A stretch of 64,000 bases of DNA from NCBI RefSeq assembly GCF_006345805.1, contig NW_021832604.1, positions 55,465 through 119,464 on the forward strand. Reading direction: 5' to 3'. Both the position numbers and the translations under genes were made by a program. This stretch comes from Octopus sinensis. Its lineage: Eukaryota. A model generated the notes under the pieces. That model was not told the origin of the DNA and did not search any database. It worked only from the letters and a program-made list of their open reading frames with translations. Shown here one piece after another: positions 11,701 through 24,053 of this stretch (position 1 is its first letter; each line of letters begins with the position of its first letter).

Positions 11701-14305
11701 TTAATCGATGCCGAATCTATAATAGACCAAGAAGATACTGTATAGTGAATTGAATACTAAAATAGGATGGGATGACAGCCATTCATTTAGCAGCTAAAAA
11801 TGGCCACTCCAATTTAATAAATGTACTCAAAGACCACATTGACTTGAATATTCTAAGTAAAAAGGTTTTTGAGTATGTAATATTCTACTATGCAGACTGG
11901 TCTTACTCCTTTGCATGTTGCCTCCCTGAACGGGAATAGTCAGTTTACAAGTGAAATTTTACACTATGTATCCCCGACAACTCCAAGCGAATTTACAAAA
12001 TCTGGTTGTCACGTAAAAAACTTTGAAAACGAATTTGGACTTGCACCTTTACATTTGGCTGCCTATTCAGGCAATGAAAGTGTAGTTAGAATTCTTTTAA
12101 ACAGCAAACAAATAAACGTAACAGAAGCAACCAAAATTCAAGTAATAAAAACAAATCAAAAGTAGAATCATATCCCTCTTCATTATGCAGTCCAAAGCGG
12201 AAACACATCAGTAGTAAGTCTTATACTGAACGAACGAATATCTCAACTACATTACGTTGATCACCGAGAAAGAAGTTGTCTCCACCTTGCATCCATGAAT
12301 GGAAACTATGACACGGTTGCTTTTCTACTCGGTCAGGGGTCTCAAATAAACTTACATTCAAAGGTTTTGACATTTGAACTAATTATATAATTTAAAGGAT
12401 GGGATGACTGCTCTTCACTATGCAGCAAAATATGGACATATAGAAGTGGTTAAAGTTCTTGTAGAAAGTGGAGCCTCGACTACCGAGAAAACAAATAATA
12501 AAAAAACTGCTATTGCGTTTGCAGCAGCTTCGGGGTTTGTCGATGTTGTGATTTATCTACTCGATAAAGTTGACATTGATGAACTATGTGAAGATAAGAA
12601 GGTTAAGTAACTTGATAATAATATTAAAAGTTTCTCGTTGATTTGATGATTTGTAACAAAAACTCAAATAAATTCCCATTGCGCCAGCTAGTTTTTTCTC
12701 ATCCAGTTCCTATTGAATTTGCACTCAAATTGGCTCAAAAATATCAAATTTTGGCTGATAAAGAAAAAGAAGTCACAAATGATCTACTGAATATCGAATT
12801 AGAATGCCAAAATTTAGCAATAGATTTGTTTTCAATAATTTCTGGAATGGGACTGGAAGACAAACTAATGAAAGCTTCAAATAGTCATGGAGTTACGTTT
12901 TTCGAATTTCTTATAGAAACTGGTCAAAAAAACGTATTTTTAAAAAAGATGATCTTTAGGTTATTTCCCATCCTCATGTCCAAAAATATTTTACTGATTT
13001 GTGGCTTGGTAATCTGAAATGGAGTAGAATGAAATTTTTCTTTCTTCTTATATCACTTATTATTTTCCCGCCTTTTTGGATCGTTTTTACTCTACCTTTA
13101 GAAAATAAATTGAATATAATTCCAGTAATCAAGTTCATAAATTACTTTGTCACTCATATCTATTGCATGTTTCTATTTTTTATTGTCGCCGTCACTCCGA
13201 TTTCTCCCATCTACGAATCAAAAAGGTATTCTTCAAATTTTGTTATCTATTTTAATTTTGTAATAGTTGCTTTCCAAATATCCAAGAATGGCTGCTTTTA
13301 ATTTGGATTTTTGGATGGTTTATATCGGAAATTAAGAACAAAAAAGAAGATTCAGGATTTGGTCAGATTAAACTTGCTGTCTTGATGCTATCATTCGTCG
13401 CATTTATTTTCCACATTATATCATGTACTGCACAGGTTTATATATTAATTATACTTGTTCAGAAGGAATCTAATAGATTTGAATATATTTACATAAGAAA
13501 TCAATTTCTGGCAACGTCTCTTTTCCTATGTTTCATGCTTCTTTTGGATTTTTTGAGCTTCCATTATATGTTTGGGCCGTGGACTGTTATTATTCAAAAC
13601 TTGTTGCACGATGTTGTCCGTTTCACTGTAATAATGTTTATCTTTATGGCTGGATTTACGTTCTCACTAAAAGCTGTTTCTTGTCCGATATATAATTCAA
13701 CCAAATTTATTCACAGCTCAAGTAGTGAAATTGGATCAAATTTAATAAATCCAGAAATACTTGATATTTTTGAAATTCTTTATTTTGGGTTATTTGGATT
13801 AGTGAATCCTATTACATTTTCACTCCAATTCCAAAACCCATGGTGGAGTTTATTTTTAGTAAAAGCAATTTTTGGGATATACATGAGTCTTTCAATCATT
13901 ATCCTTGTCAATTTACTGATTGCTATGATGTCAAACACCTATCAACACATTCAAGAAAAATCCGATATTGAATGGAAGTTTACAAGGACAAAGCTGATTA
14001 GAAATATCAACAAAATACCGGTCAGTCCTTATCCCTTCAATATTTTGATAATATTATTCGGAAAAATTAAATTCCTATATAATAAAAGACGTATAGATTT
14101 GTTGTTAAATATTCAAATAGGAAGTATAATTGGATACCAAGCACGTGACACTGAAGAAAAAATTAGCATTGAAAATCAATTTAACAAGCTAAAAGTAAAA
14201 AATAAGTGGATTAATGCAGCAAGAAGAAGTACGGGAAGATTTGGAAGTTTCGGGAATGGTTGGCGTATAATTTTGAGTGTTAGGTATCTACGAAAGAAAA
14301 TTTAG
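8769..14305 (+). CDS. nompC: TRPN/NompC mechanosensitive channel: 29 ankyrin repeats plus TRP transmembrane domain, many 21-32 nt introns
   Basis: Manual splicing gives 29 consecutive ankyrin motifs (YTGLTPLMYA to NKKTAIAFAA), then TM helices with VNLLIAMMSNTYQHIQEKSDIEWKF. 3' end approximate. Confidence 0.92.
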
Positions 14306-14639
14306 CCACAATAAAACTATGAAGGATATTGTTAATTGGAGTCACGTTATAAGCAAATATAATACCCTTAAATGTTAATTTGCACCATTGGACATTACGA
14401 CTAATAAAATTTAACAAAATTTTTGTAAATTAATGTTAAACTTGCACAAACACAAAAAAGTACTGCGCTCAATTGTTTAATTTTTTACTATGAAACTCGT
14501 CGAATGATGAATTATAAGATATAGTCATCTCGGTTTCTGTATTTTTCAAAATCAGAAAATTACTTAACCGGTTTTGTAGGCCACAACACATGAATGCAAT
14601 AACAGAATAATTAGTTCTTATCTACTAAGACTTTAAAAA

Positions 14640-16365
14640 TAAATGTCATTGCAGACTCATTATGTGAGAAGTCCTCCAAACACAAACTCAAGAATAAAAA
14701 TGTAATATCAACTTACGGTCTTACAAAAATTCACGCAGGTTTTTTGTTTTTTTTAAATTTAGTAATAAAAGAAACATATGTTAATAAATTATAGGTTTCC
14801 ATAGAGAACTGGTTAACTTTCCTAATGGATTTGAAAGAAATAAATTTGCAGAAAGTCAGGTTGATGAAATCAAAAAGTTAAATTTGTAGTGCAAATCAAC
14901 TAGAAAAAGAGTGCAAAAAAATATTTCAAAAACACAAAAACCACGAAATTTACAAAGTAATTCTTGATGATTATAAACGTTTAAATGAGAAGAGAAGTGC
15001 TTTTGGTAGAAAATAAAAGTAGAAATATCTAGAAATCAACTTGTCAACTTCGGTCAATGAAATTAATCGAATTGTCCACGTGTTTGGAGAAATATCCAAA
15101 AATGAGTCACAAAATAATGAAAATATCGAAAATATTATTTCCCTAGCGGAATCGAAGATTCAAGAAACCCGAAATAATTACAAAGAATTGTTAATATTCT
15201 ATTGTTTATAAATGATAGACTATCAGATTTGATAAAAGAAGAAAAGTCACTGGTTCATTCCTTGAGTATTTTTGAAGTCAAACAAAAAAGTTGGAGAGTA
15301 AACGCCAGTACAAAATGGACAGCAAAAGTCAAAATTGACTGTAAACAATATGGAAACAATTTACCAATTCAAGTTAAGCAATTTGATGTAAAAATTAAAC
15401 AATTAGTTATAGGATTTTTTAATAAAGCATCACGGAGAATACGGAGGTTGGGAAGCGACTGATCATTTAGTCTTTAGTAATGTTTACAACAAGATATCTG
15501 ACAAAAGTTGTAAAGAAAAGATTTTACAATATTTCATGCCATATTTTGGATCAATTAAAGACGAGACCGATGTCTTGACTCATATAAAATGGTTTGAGGA
15601 TTATCTGAGACTGTTGGAAGCTAAAAAAGTAGCAATCAATAAATGGAAGAACGAAAAAATGGAACAAACAAGACTAAAAATATCAAAATGTTCTGAAATT
15701 GAAGAAAATGGTTTTTCGGAAATTAATAAAGTGGAACACAATTCAATCCAAGAAAGAATCACAATAAAAAAAGCTATAGAAAAATGGAGAAATAAAATAC
15801 ATGTTGAAAATCAAAACAAAGCAAAGGAGAAATACCTAGAACAAAACAAAATTGCAGAAATTCAAGAGGCAAAGAATGCAATTTATCGTGAACAACAAAA
15901 AATCAAAGTTGAGAAATATAAAAAAGAAAAAAAGGAATCATTAAAATCCAACGTTGAACCAAGCAAGGAACAAATCAAACAAACAATGAAAATAAAAAAT
16001 CAGGAATTCAAACAAGAAACTCAACGTTTTCTCGAAAGAGTAAAAATATATGAATGGTTATTTTAGGACAAATTAAAACTTGAAATGTCACTAAATAAAT
16101 TCCGCAATATGAAAAAAGAAAAAGAAGAACAAAAAATAAAATTAGAACAGCTAAAAAAGAAAGTTCATGTATAAATTATAATCTTAAGGTTGAAATCAAC
16201 GTTAAACGCGACCCTAGCAGGCTGTGTAATCCAACGAAGGTATGGCTATCTAGGATAGCCGAAGATAAAATCAGCAAAGACCCACGGATATATGACACTC
16301 AAAAACTGTTTAGTTATATTTACCAAAAATATAGAGCTATTCCAACGTGGCGTCAGAATATTTGA
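14640..16365 (+). CDS. CCDC112: CCDC112-like coiled-coil protein; 5' end approximate
   Basis: GGWEATDHLVF..HIKWFEDYLRLLEAKKVAINKWK, and C-terminal RDPSRLCNPTKVW..AIPTWRQNI* after a 27-nt intron (16308-16334). These match the CCDC112 motifs RDPSRL.PTK.W and AIPTWRQ. Confidence 0.8.
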
Positions 16366-18657
16366 TAATTCTTCCTGATTTATGTACATTCGTGATTTTA
16401 ATATCATTTGGTTCTGATTTGTTCGTTTTTTATTTTGGTTCAGATTTTTTTTTTTAGTTCGAGTGTTGATTAAGTGAATTTATGATGTTAATTCGTTGAT
16501 TGAGAGGACGCGCGAATAGATAGGCAGTTTCCGCGCAATATCGCGAGCGAAATGCGCTGAAAAAGCCAGCTAGACTCACGTCTCTCGTGACTTTTCCTCG
16601 AGATCATCAAACCGATTTCTGAAAGGAACTCCAGGGCCTTCGGGCCGATTATCCCGCTCGTCTCGAAAGCCAGGGGGACGAAAAGGCAGGTGTTCTCCAA
16701 TGAGGCGTACTTTGCAATTTTTTTCGCTTCGGCATGTGCGGAAGCTGAGCCAGGGCGGGACGCGGAGTTGATGAGGGATGACGAGGAAAAAGAGTCGACA
16801 CAGGTCACGTCCCAAACGAGAGCGAGTCCCCGCTTGAACGGGAATAGCGTAGACCCATCGGGACGTTTTCCGTCACCACGGTCTAACCCAACCGGCTCCA
16901 GGACCGAAGGGAATCCGGCGGCGTTGAGCGCGCGCTTAACAATATCGTTCAAGGTGGCATGTACGGCCGGCACTGAGGCGACAAGAGAGGGGGTGTAGCC
17001 CTCTCCTGTCAATGGCTTTTCCGCATTTGCACTAATGTGACTGGCACATCTAGATCCCAAGGCGTAGGCACAAACCAATGCGGACGGATTCGTTGTCCAG
17101 GAACATTCCAGCAGAGGAAATCGGCAAAGCGTCAAGCCAATCGGCCGAGTGGGGTTGACAGGCACAATTGATGCTTGCCAACTGAAACTGGTCAGCACGT
17201 AGGCGGATATCTTCGAGTGTATGCGAACAATGTATCTCATCCCAGTTCTTTTGAACTGAGGGGACGTCCGGGATTTTAAGCCCAAAAGAAATCCACATGT
17301 TGACACCTGCCGCATATTCCGACAACTCGGGCTGTTCAGAGAAGGGGAAGAGAACAGAGTTGACGAAACTAGCGGAAGCAGACAACGAGGAAAGGTAACA
17401 TGGGAGGGATAAATCAACACAAGAACGAATGCCGATGCCCCCGTAACGAATAGGTAAATTAACCCGTCGCATGTCTGAAGGTTTGAATTTGATATTTACG
17501 AGGAGTTCAAGAGCTTCGGAGACCATGTTGTCGAAACGAGACAAGTGGTTTTGTTCGAGAAAGCAGGGCGATGAGCGCATGAGATAAGTTAGCTTCGGTA
17601 TAAAGAGATAGTTCTTGAGCAAGAAAAGGCCTAAATGGGATTCGAGTTTGGAAATGCGGGAGATTAAAGTTTCCAATTCGAGTTTGGAAATGCGGGAGAT
17701 TAAAGTTTTCGATTCACTTCAACAAAGATACAACGAGTCGCGTTATAAGTCAAACTGATCACGTGTCGTGGGTTTCTTTCGAAGGTGACCCCCTCACAAA
17801 TGTAACTTCTACTTGATGACTGAAAAGTGTAAAACTTTGAATGCTCGGAACATTTGTTACTCTGAGTAGTTATGATTGCTCCCACGGAATATTCATGTTT
17901 ACTCCCCAAGACACGATTTCCGGTGACTGTGAACTGATTTATCGAAGGACAGGCAGTGAAAGCGCCTCCTTTCGACACTCCGAACTCCCAGTACTGGACG
18001 GAGCACCAATGATAATAATCTCTATTAAATATCGATTGCATACAAATGTGGAGATATCGCTCAAATATTTCATCCAGTCCTCGCACTAGTCATGAATCAC
18101 TCCAAAAATACTCAGTTCCGAGTTGGTGGAACAAGTCGACTCGTGTAACTTGTTTTCTAAAATGAGGGATTAATTCAACCAATGAGCAGCCTCTCGCTTC
18201 TCTCGCATCGGTAGTGGTATGGGTTTATGCACATGTGAAGTTGCCCTTTCCGAAATCCGTTTTCGCACAAAGAAACCAACTCACAGATTTCCACATCCTC
18301 CACCCGGAAGAGACGAAAGATAATCACGTGCGGGTAGTGTTTTCTCCCGGCAATCTGAATCAGTCGTGGAAAGTCAACCTGAATTCGTCCATCAACAGTG
18401 GACTCGATGCTCACACATCCTGTCGCTTGACGCCCTCCGTTGACAATTGCTTTAACAAAGTCTTGGATAACCTCGGAACTTTTGAATCTTCGGAGAAAGC
18501 CTTTGATCAAAGTTCTTGAATTCTCCTGTTTTGTCCCGTCTCTGGGAACTGTGCAGAAAATTAGATCGTCTGTGATTTCGTTGTACTCCCCGTCTTTCCC
18601 AAACATTTCTGAGACAGACGCGTTTTGTCCATTTAAATATCGTGTTGGTCCGGACAT
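16246..18657 (-). pseudogene. SMAD: SMAD family gene (MH1 + MH2) interrupted in MH2 by a CRE retrotransposon
   Basis: MH1: DGRIQ[24-nt intron]IAGRKHYPHV..CINPYHY. MH2: HWCSVQYWEF..CIFVEVN. The frame resumes after the insertion (NLNQ..MYINQEELSNIL, resembling MH2 IFNNQEFAALL) to a TAG at 16246. C-terminal part less certain. Confidence 0.75.
16447..17710 (-). mobile_element. CRE-clade retrotransposon, 5'-truncated, A11 tail, 4-bp TSD (GATT on plus)
   Basis: [63 protein letters not shown]11 at 16445-16455; GATT at 16443-16446 and 17711-17714. Confidence 0.9.
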
Positions 18658-20379
18658 TGAATACGCCGTTCCAGTTTGTCGAAATACTCATTGTTTGAGT
18701 TTCTCAGGGGCATCGGGAAACCCCATTTGCTCCCTCTTTCATTCAAAAAGTTTACGAATCATGAAAATTTTGCCAAATATAGACTATGATAATTATAATT
18801 TCCATTTAAATTATAATAAGTGGGATTAATCTCCCTAAAATAGTACCATTTTATTGTTTCCTAGACTAATAAGCAAATCAATTATCAAATTGCATGCATC
18901 CTAATCTTCTCAATAAACTGGCTTCTCGATTCATTTTGCTTTTCCCTGCACATTCACAATTGTCTATGCCTGTAAAATGAAATTAAACAGGCAATGTTTC
19001 TATCTCTTCTGTCTTCTTCAATCCTCAGGGAGTTGGATATTCAATTATAAAAGCTTAAGTAAATACAGTATGAATAGCATCTCCACCCAAATATGGCTTG
19101 AGTATAAATTATAACAACAGTCTGAAATGAAGAGCACAATATAATGAAGTGAAGTAACTGTAACCAACTTCGGTGGCCGATGATTTTAAGCAATACTCAA
19201 ATAATATGTATAATAATGAGTTAAATAGGCGTAACATCTCGAATGTGCATGTCATGATAATTGTTAGTTATTTGATATTATATCAGCCTCAATTAAATCA
19301 GATTTGACGACCTTGAATGCAAGCAAACCTACAAACTGTAAAAGACTAAGCAGATTTCCCTTTTCGAAGTTAGATTTCTTATAATCTCTTGACTTGTAAT
19401 AAATAAGGGATTAATCAAAGTTGTTTAGCCTGAAAGTACGACAAATGAGTCGATCAAAGAGAGTAAAATTCATAATTGGAAAGGGAAAGACTCGTTAATA
19501 ACATGTATTGCGAATGACCTAATTCACTCTGGCTTTACTAAAACGACTATAATTCTATTAAACTCTTATGAGCAATGGTTTATGCTGAGACAAAAATTTT
19601 ACTCGAGACTAAATTGACCCCATCGAGGTTAAATTATGGATTCTGATAATAAAGAAGCCCTAAATTACTTATTTGCAGTCATGTGATCAATTAGTCTATC
19701 AAATTAAAATCCAAACAAACTAAAGTCTAAAATTAAGAAATTTAATTTGAAGAGTGGGTGCCAAAAAATAAAAATCTCACTTCTGTAAATTAAAGCTGAA
19801 AAGTAAAGTCCGGATTATATTCATTGCTTGAATTGTATCAAAACATGGAATTTGGAGAAACATAGAGAATGTAAATGCGAGGAGTCCCACTCTACTGAAA
19901 ACAGAATCCCGAGGGGCCAAGCAAATTAATGGACTCAACGACAATGTGTATTTCATAAGGAAATTATTAACTTCTTGTTTACCTATTATTAGCAGGAAGC
20001 CAAAAATAATATAAAAATATTTTTTCTAGGAACTATATCTGATAATTCCGACTTGATCAAAACGCATCGTCAAACATCGGACACAAGGACTAACAAAACA
20101 AGACTCAACTAACGAGTTTATTCATTTGTGGGAATATAACTTATGTGTCAATTTTTCATTTCACATCGACGAACGTAACAACCAAAGTTATAAAAATTCG
20201 TTTCAGTCACAAACAAAGCACAAAGGAATGACCGGATTGCGACGGAGACATTGCAACATCAAAATGATAAACACAGAAATTTACTTTGGTGAGTTTTCTA
20301 GGGAAATTAATTTAGCTTAGAAAATTTTTATTTGGAATGGAATGTGAAATTCATTAGAAATTTTGATCATTCTGAAAAA

Positions 20380-22640
20380 TGAATACTCTAGAAGATTTTC
20401 CATCTCACCCTCTGATTCGTGCTCTCTATGATGTCTGGTTGAGAATCTGTGAAGTGTCGCGTAATTTGATTCGTATAATATTTTTAATGTTAATTAGCCA
20501 ACCTGAGTCAAAAGTTCGGCAGATTAATTGAAAAATCTATAAATTAGCATAATCCTAAAAATATATTGGAAATCGCCGTCGACGCCTCGATGTGCTGTTC
20601 AATTTGCAGGCTGAAGGAAATGTTCAGGGAATTTCCAAACAGTGGCAACCCAGGTGAATATACTAACGATTACTCCAGTAGTTTGGCATGCGGGAATCCT
20701 CACGGGCTGGTTAGTTGAGGTCCAAATGGATTGGATCATGACCAGCTTACGATTTGAGGACAATCTATTTTTTTCTGACTTTGATTTCCCCGACTCGCAG
20801 TACTTTCCGATTTTGATCTGTAGGGAAGTGTTGGATTTGGAGACACTCCAGAGACTGCTTAATCAGATTCTTGACAACTATGAGGGTGTGGGGACTAATC
20901 TGAACATCCAAACTCTATTCCGACATATTGAAAAATTTGTAGTTGAGGGAAAATGTTTAAATGAGTTAGTAATTGTCGTATCATTACAGTCTCGATATGC
21001 CTGTTCCCCCAGCCAAGTCCATCAAATGTAGACTCTTTGACGTTCGAACGATTAAATAACACGTAGAATGGGATCGCGTTCGGGGAATGTAGCCAGGATC
21101 TCCAAGTTTATAGAAGAATTTCTGGCTTTGTGTACGAGGACGAAATCGAGCTGATAAAATGGATGCATGTCCGCAGCTTCGAAAATGTTCTTCCGGTTGG
21201 TTCGTTGTTTAACAGCCAGAGTTCTCGATTACTGCAAATGTCCGACACAAACTCGAATCTAGAAATGTCCTTCAACCAACAAGGAATCAACGTCTTTTTC
21301 GCGCTGCTCAAATTCCTGGAGGTCAGTCCATAATAAAATTTGCAGAACGAATACGACGTCGCAAATTATTTCCGAGTCATATCCCCGGCGTCGTCAAATT
21401 GGGATTTGTGGGATAGAATGGGCTATGGAAATGAGTTTGTGGGGACCTACGAAGTATAATTGTAAAATTCTACTCTAGAACATGTTTCTCATCTGTCCTG
21501 CACGAGACAGAAAAACCTATCTAATAAATAAGAAAATTCCTTTTCATTGGTCCGCCAGTCCACTCATTTTGTAGTATCTACTTCAAACAGATGAGTCCCC
21601 ACTCTTGGGACTTGCCTGTTAAATTGGTAGACTACGATCCCATCTTCTCAAACGCCGGTCAGCACTCTGACATGACATTCTTGAACAGTGTCTCCAATTA
21701 CGACGATTCGTGCGTGTTCTGTTCCAGGGAAAAGGTCACTCCCGACTTGTCAATTCTAGTTGCAAGACGAACTCGTCGGCGTCCTTAATTTGTGCAAGTC
21801 GATTTATTCCGCGTTTGACCTCGACTTGTCGGCAAAATTCATTTCAAAGCCTTTGATGAATTCAACAAGACACGAGGAGTGTGATTTGATTACCCAAGTT
21901 GACGGTGATTAATTTACCAGATAATTCGGAGTGCTCTCTCGGCGACGGGGATCACCTTCGAAGAGAGCGCTGGATATTCCCAACTGCCCTTTGTACTATT
22001 CCTAGCTAATGTACTAGGTAACTTTTAACGTCCGGACGTATGACGACTCCACTTACACGTGCGGGATCGTGGAGGTGGACCTCACTTCGGGGGAGAGATT
22101 TGATTTATTCTACGAATAGTCTCACCCTTGTGTCCAATGCCTAGTGATGGTTGCAGAAAGACTCCCGCAATCATTCATCATCAAATCATTGGGTCCATTC
22201 AAGAATTCACCAAGATCTTACTTCACCACTACAAGGGATATTGGTTTGTTCACATTCCTGACCTCAGGCCATTCTGGCTTTCCCCGATACAATGCACCGT
22301 CGTTTCTTTGCGAGAGGAGTTTTTGGAATATTCAAAGACGGTACTCTTGGTGGTTATAACCCAGGTCTATCAAACTATCCGAAGACGGCACATTCGGGCA
22401 GTCATGTCTTGGAATTTCGACTGTTGCATCTCCGATCGACTCAATAACGCAAAAAAGAATTCAAGCTTTACTCTGGGTAATATGTCACTCCAACTACGCC
22501 CAGTCATTGGACGGGAAGAGCTTATGCAAAATCAAGTTCACGTGATTGGGACCAACTTGGATTTGGGACGTGTTTCCGTGGAGGTGGCAATCGACTTGAT
22601 GAGTGAATTACTCAATACGAAAAGCCGACAAGTTTTTTAA
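20380..22640 (+). CDS. Multi-exon protein-coding gene, function not recognised
   Basis: Successive ORFs (20642-21031, 21130-21333, 21591-21788, 22128-22640) separated by short GT-AG segments such as gtcagtccataataaaatttgcag. No family motif recognised. Confidence 0.5.
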
Positions 22641-23619
22641 CATCTTTTTGAGAATAAATATGGCTTCAATCAATTGATAATTACAAATTAAGAAAAAAAT
22701 AAACAAAAGTGCTTATATGCCTTCAACCTAAAAATATGAATATGTCGAGGGTGAAATCGTGACAGATGTCATAACACTGACAGTCGTCTTAAGTCACCAT
22801 AAAATAATAATCCACGACAAAATAATTACTTTATCCTAACAGGCTATGATGTTTGTCTATGATGACGCAGAATACAACTGACTGAAATTATTCCTTGGAG
22901 AGCATTACGTGGATATTTCGAAAGTTAAAAAATTCCGACTGAAAAAGCCGAAAATTTCATTCTTATTGACAGAAAGCTATATCTGGAAAATACTAATCAA
23001 CTCCACAAGCTTCAACACTTACAGAAGGTGCATAATATTCTGAATCAACAAAACAGACGGTAAAGACAGCCTCAAAACATATATTAATTACAAATTTGGT
23101 TTTTCTCGGGTAAATTTCCTAATTATAAATAAAACTATGGGGGTAAATCGATCGAAACATAAATTTAGCATCAAAAAGTATTCAATTATAATTACTTAAG
23201 CAGTTCGTATTCGGAAGGACTAATTCTTCACTAAAATCAATAACCTTTGTTTCTTTCGTTTTTTACTTTGTACTTTTGTATTTTGAGAAGTTTGAAAAAC
23301 TCATATTCTTTCTCAACATTGATTAGAAGTTCATTAAAGTAAGCTACATATAGCGTACACAAACAAAAATTGGAAAACATCTGTTAATTAAATTTTTATT
23401 TTTAAGAAAATGTTGTGAAAAGGTGGCCGATTTAGAATTTGGCCACTTTTCGAAATTTTATTTTACTTTTGATTATTTCTTACAAAATTAACATTTTAAG
23501 TATATAAAAATAAATTAAATATTGTGTTGTTGATGGCAGAGCAGCTCGCTTCGATTTATGGGTCAGAAAAAGACAAGTATAGAGGGTATAGTCACAAGCA
23601 GAGTAAATTGTTCATTTTT

Positions 23620-23995
23620 CTTCAAAATGCTTTACTGGGCGAGAGACTGATACGATCGAGAAAGAGTTCGAGCCTACTATCGCGAGGGATATCCGCTCAA
23701 AGAGCCATCTCGATTCGCGGACGTCGCCTGTGAGTGTCGCATCCGAGACTCAATCTTCTGAACGAAGCTGATTGCCTTTCCGCCCAAAAAACCAGACGTC
23801 TCAACTGCAAATGGAAGGAATTGGTATTTTTCCACATTAAGGAGTAATTTCGCATCTTTTTAATTCAGCAGTAGTGGCGATTGATCGAGGGGCGGTTGCC
23901 GACATCAGCAGGTTCTCAAGCGAGAACGAGTCCACATACATGGCGTCTCAGGCAAGTTGCTTCCCTCTGTTAAAGGGAAATGAAAAACAGCAATG
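23620..23995 (-). mobile_element. Degenerate CRE-clade 3' fragment (missed by the ORF track)
   Basis: Minus strand reads FPFNRGKQLA*DA and RESRWLFERISLAIVGSN, matching the C-terminus of the other CRE copies. Confidence 0.75.
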
Positions 23996-24053
23996 CCCTA
24001 TTTCTATTAGAAATCAAATAATTAAATCTTTAAAGTATGATTAAAGTCCATGT

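Noticed and set aside
18355-18378. Novel insertion in the SMAD MH1 DNA-binding hairpin
   Set aside because: It is a 24-nt GT-AG intron; removal restores GRIQIAGRK.
23417-23452. Imperfect hairpin GAAAAGGTGGCC..GGCCACTTTTC
   Set aside because: Short, bulged and single-copy here; no element or RNA gene could be tied to it.
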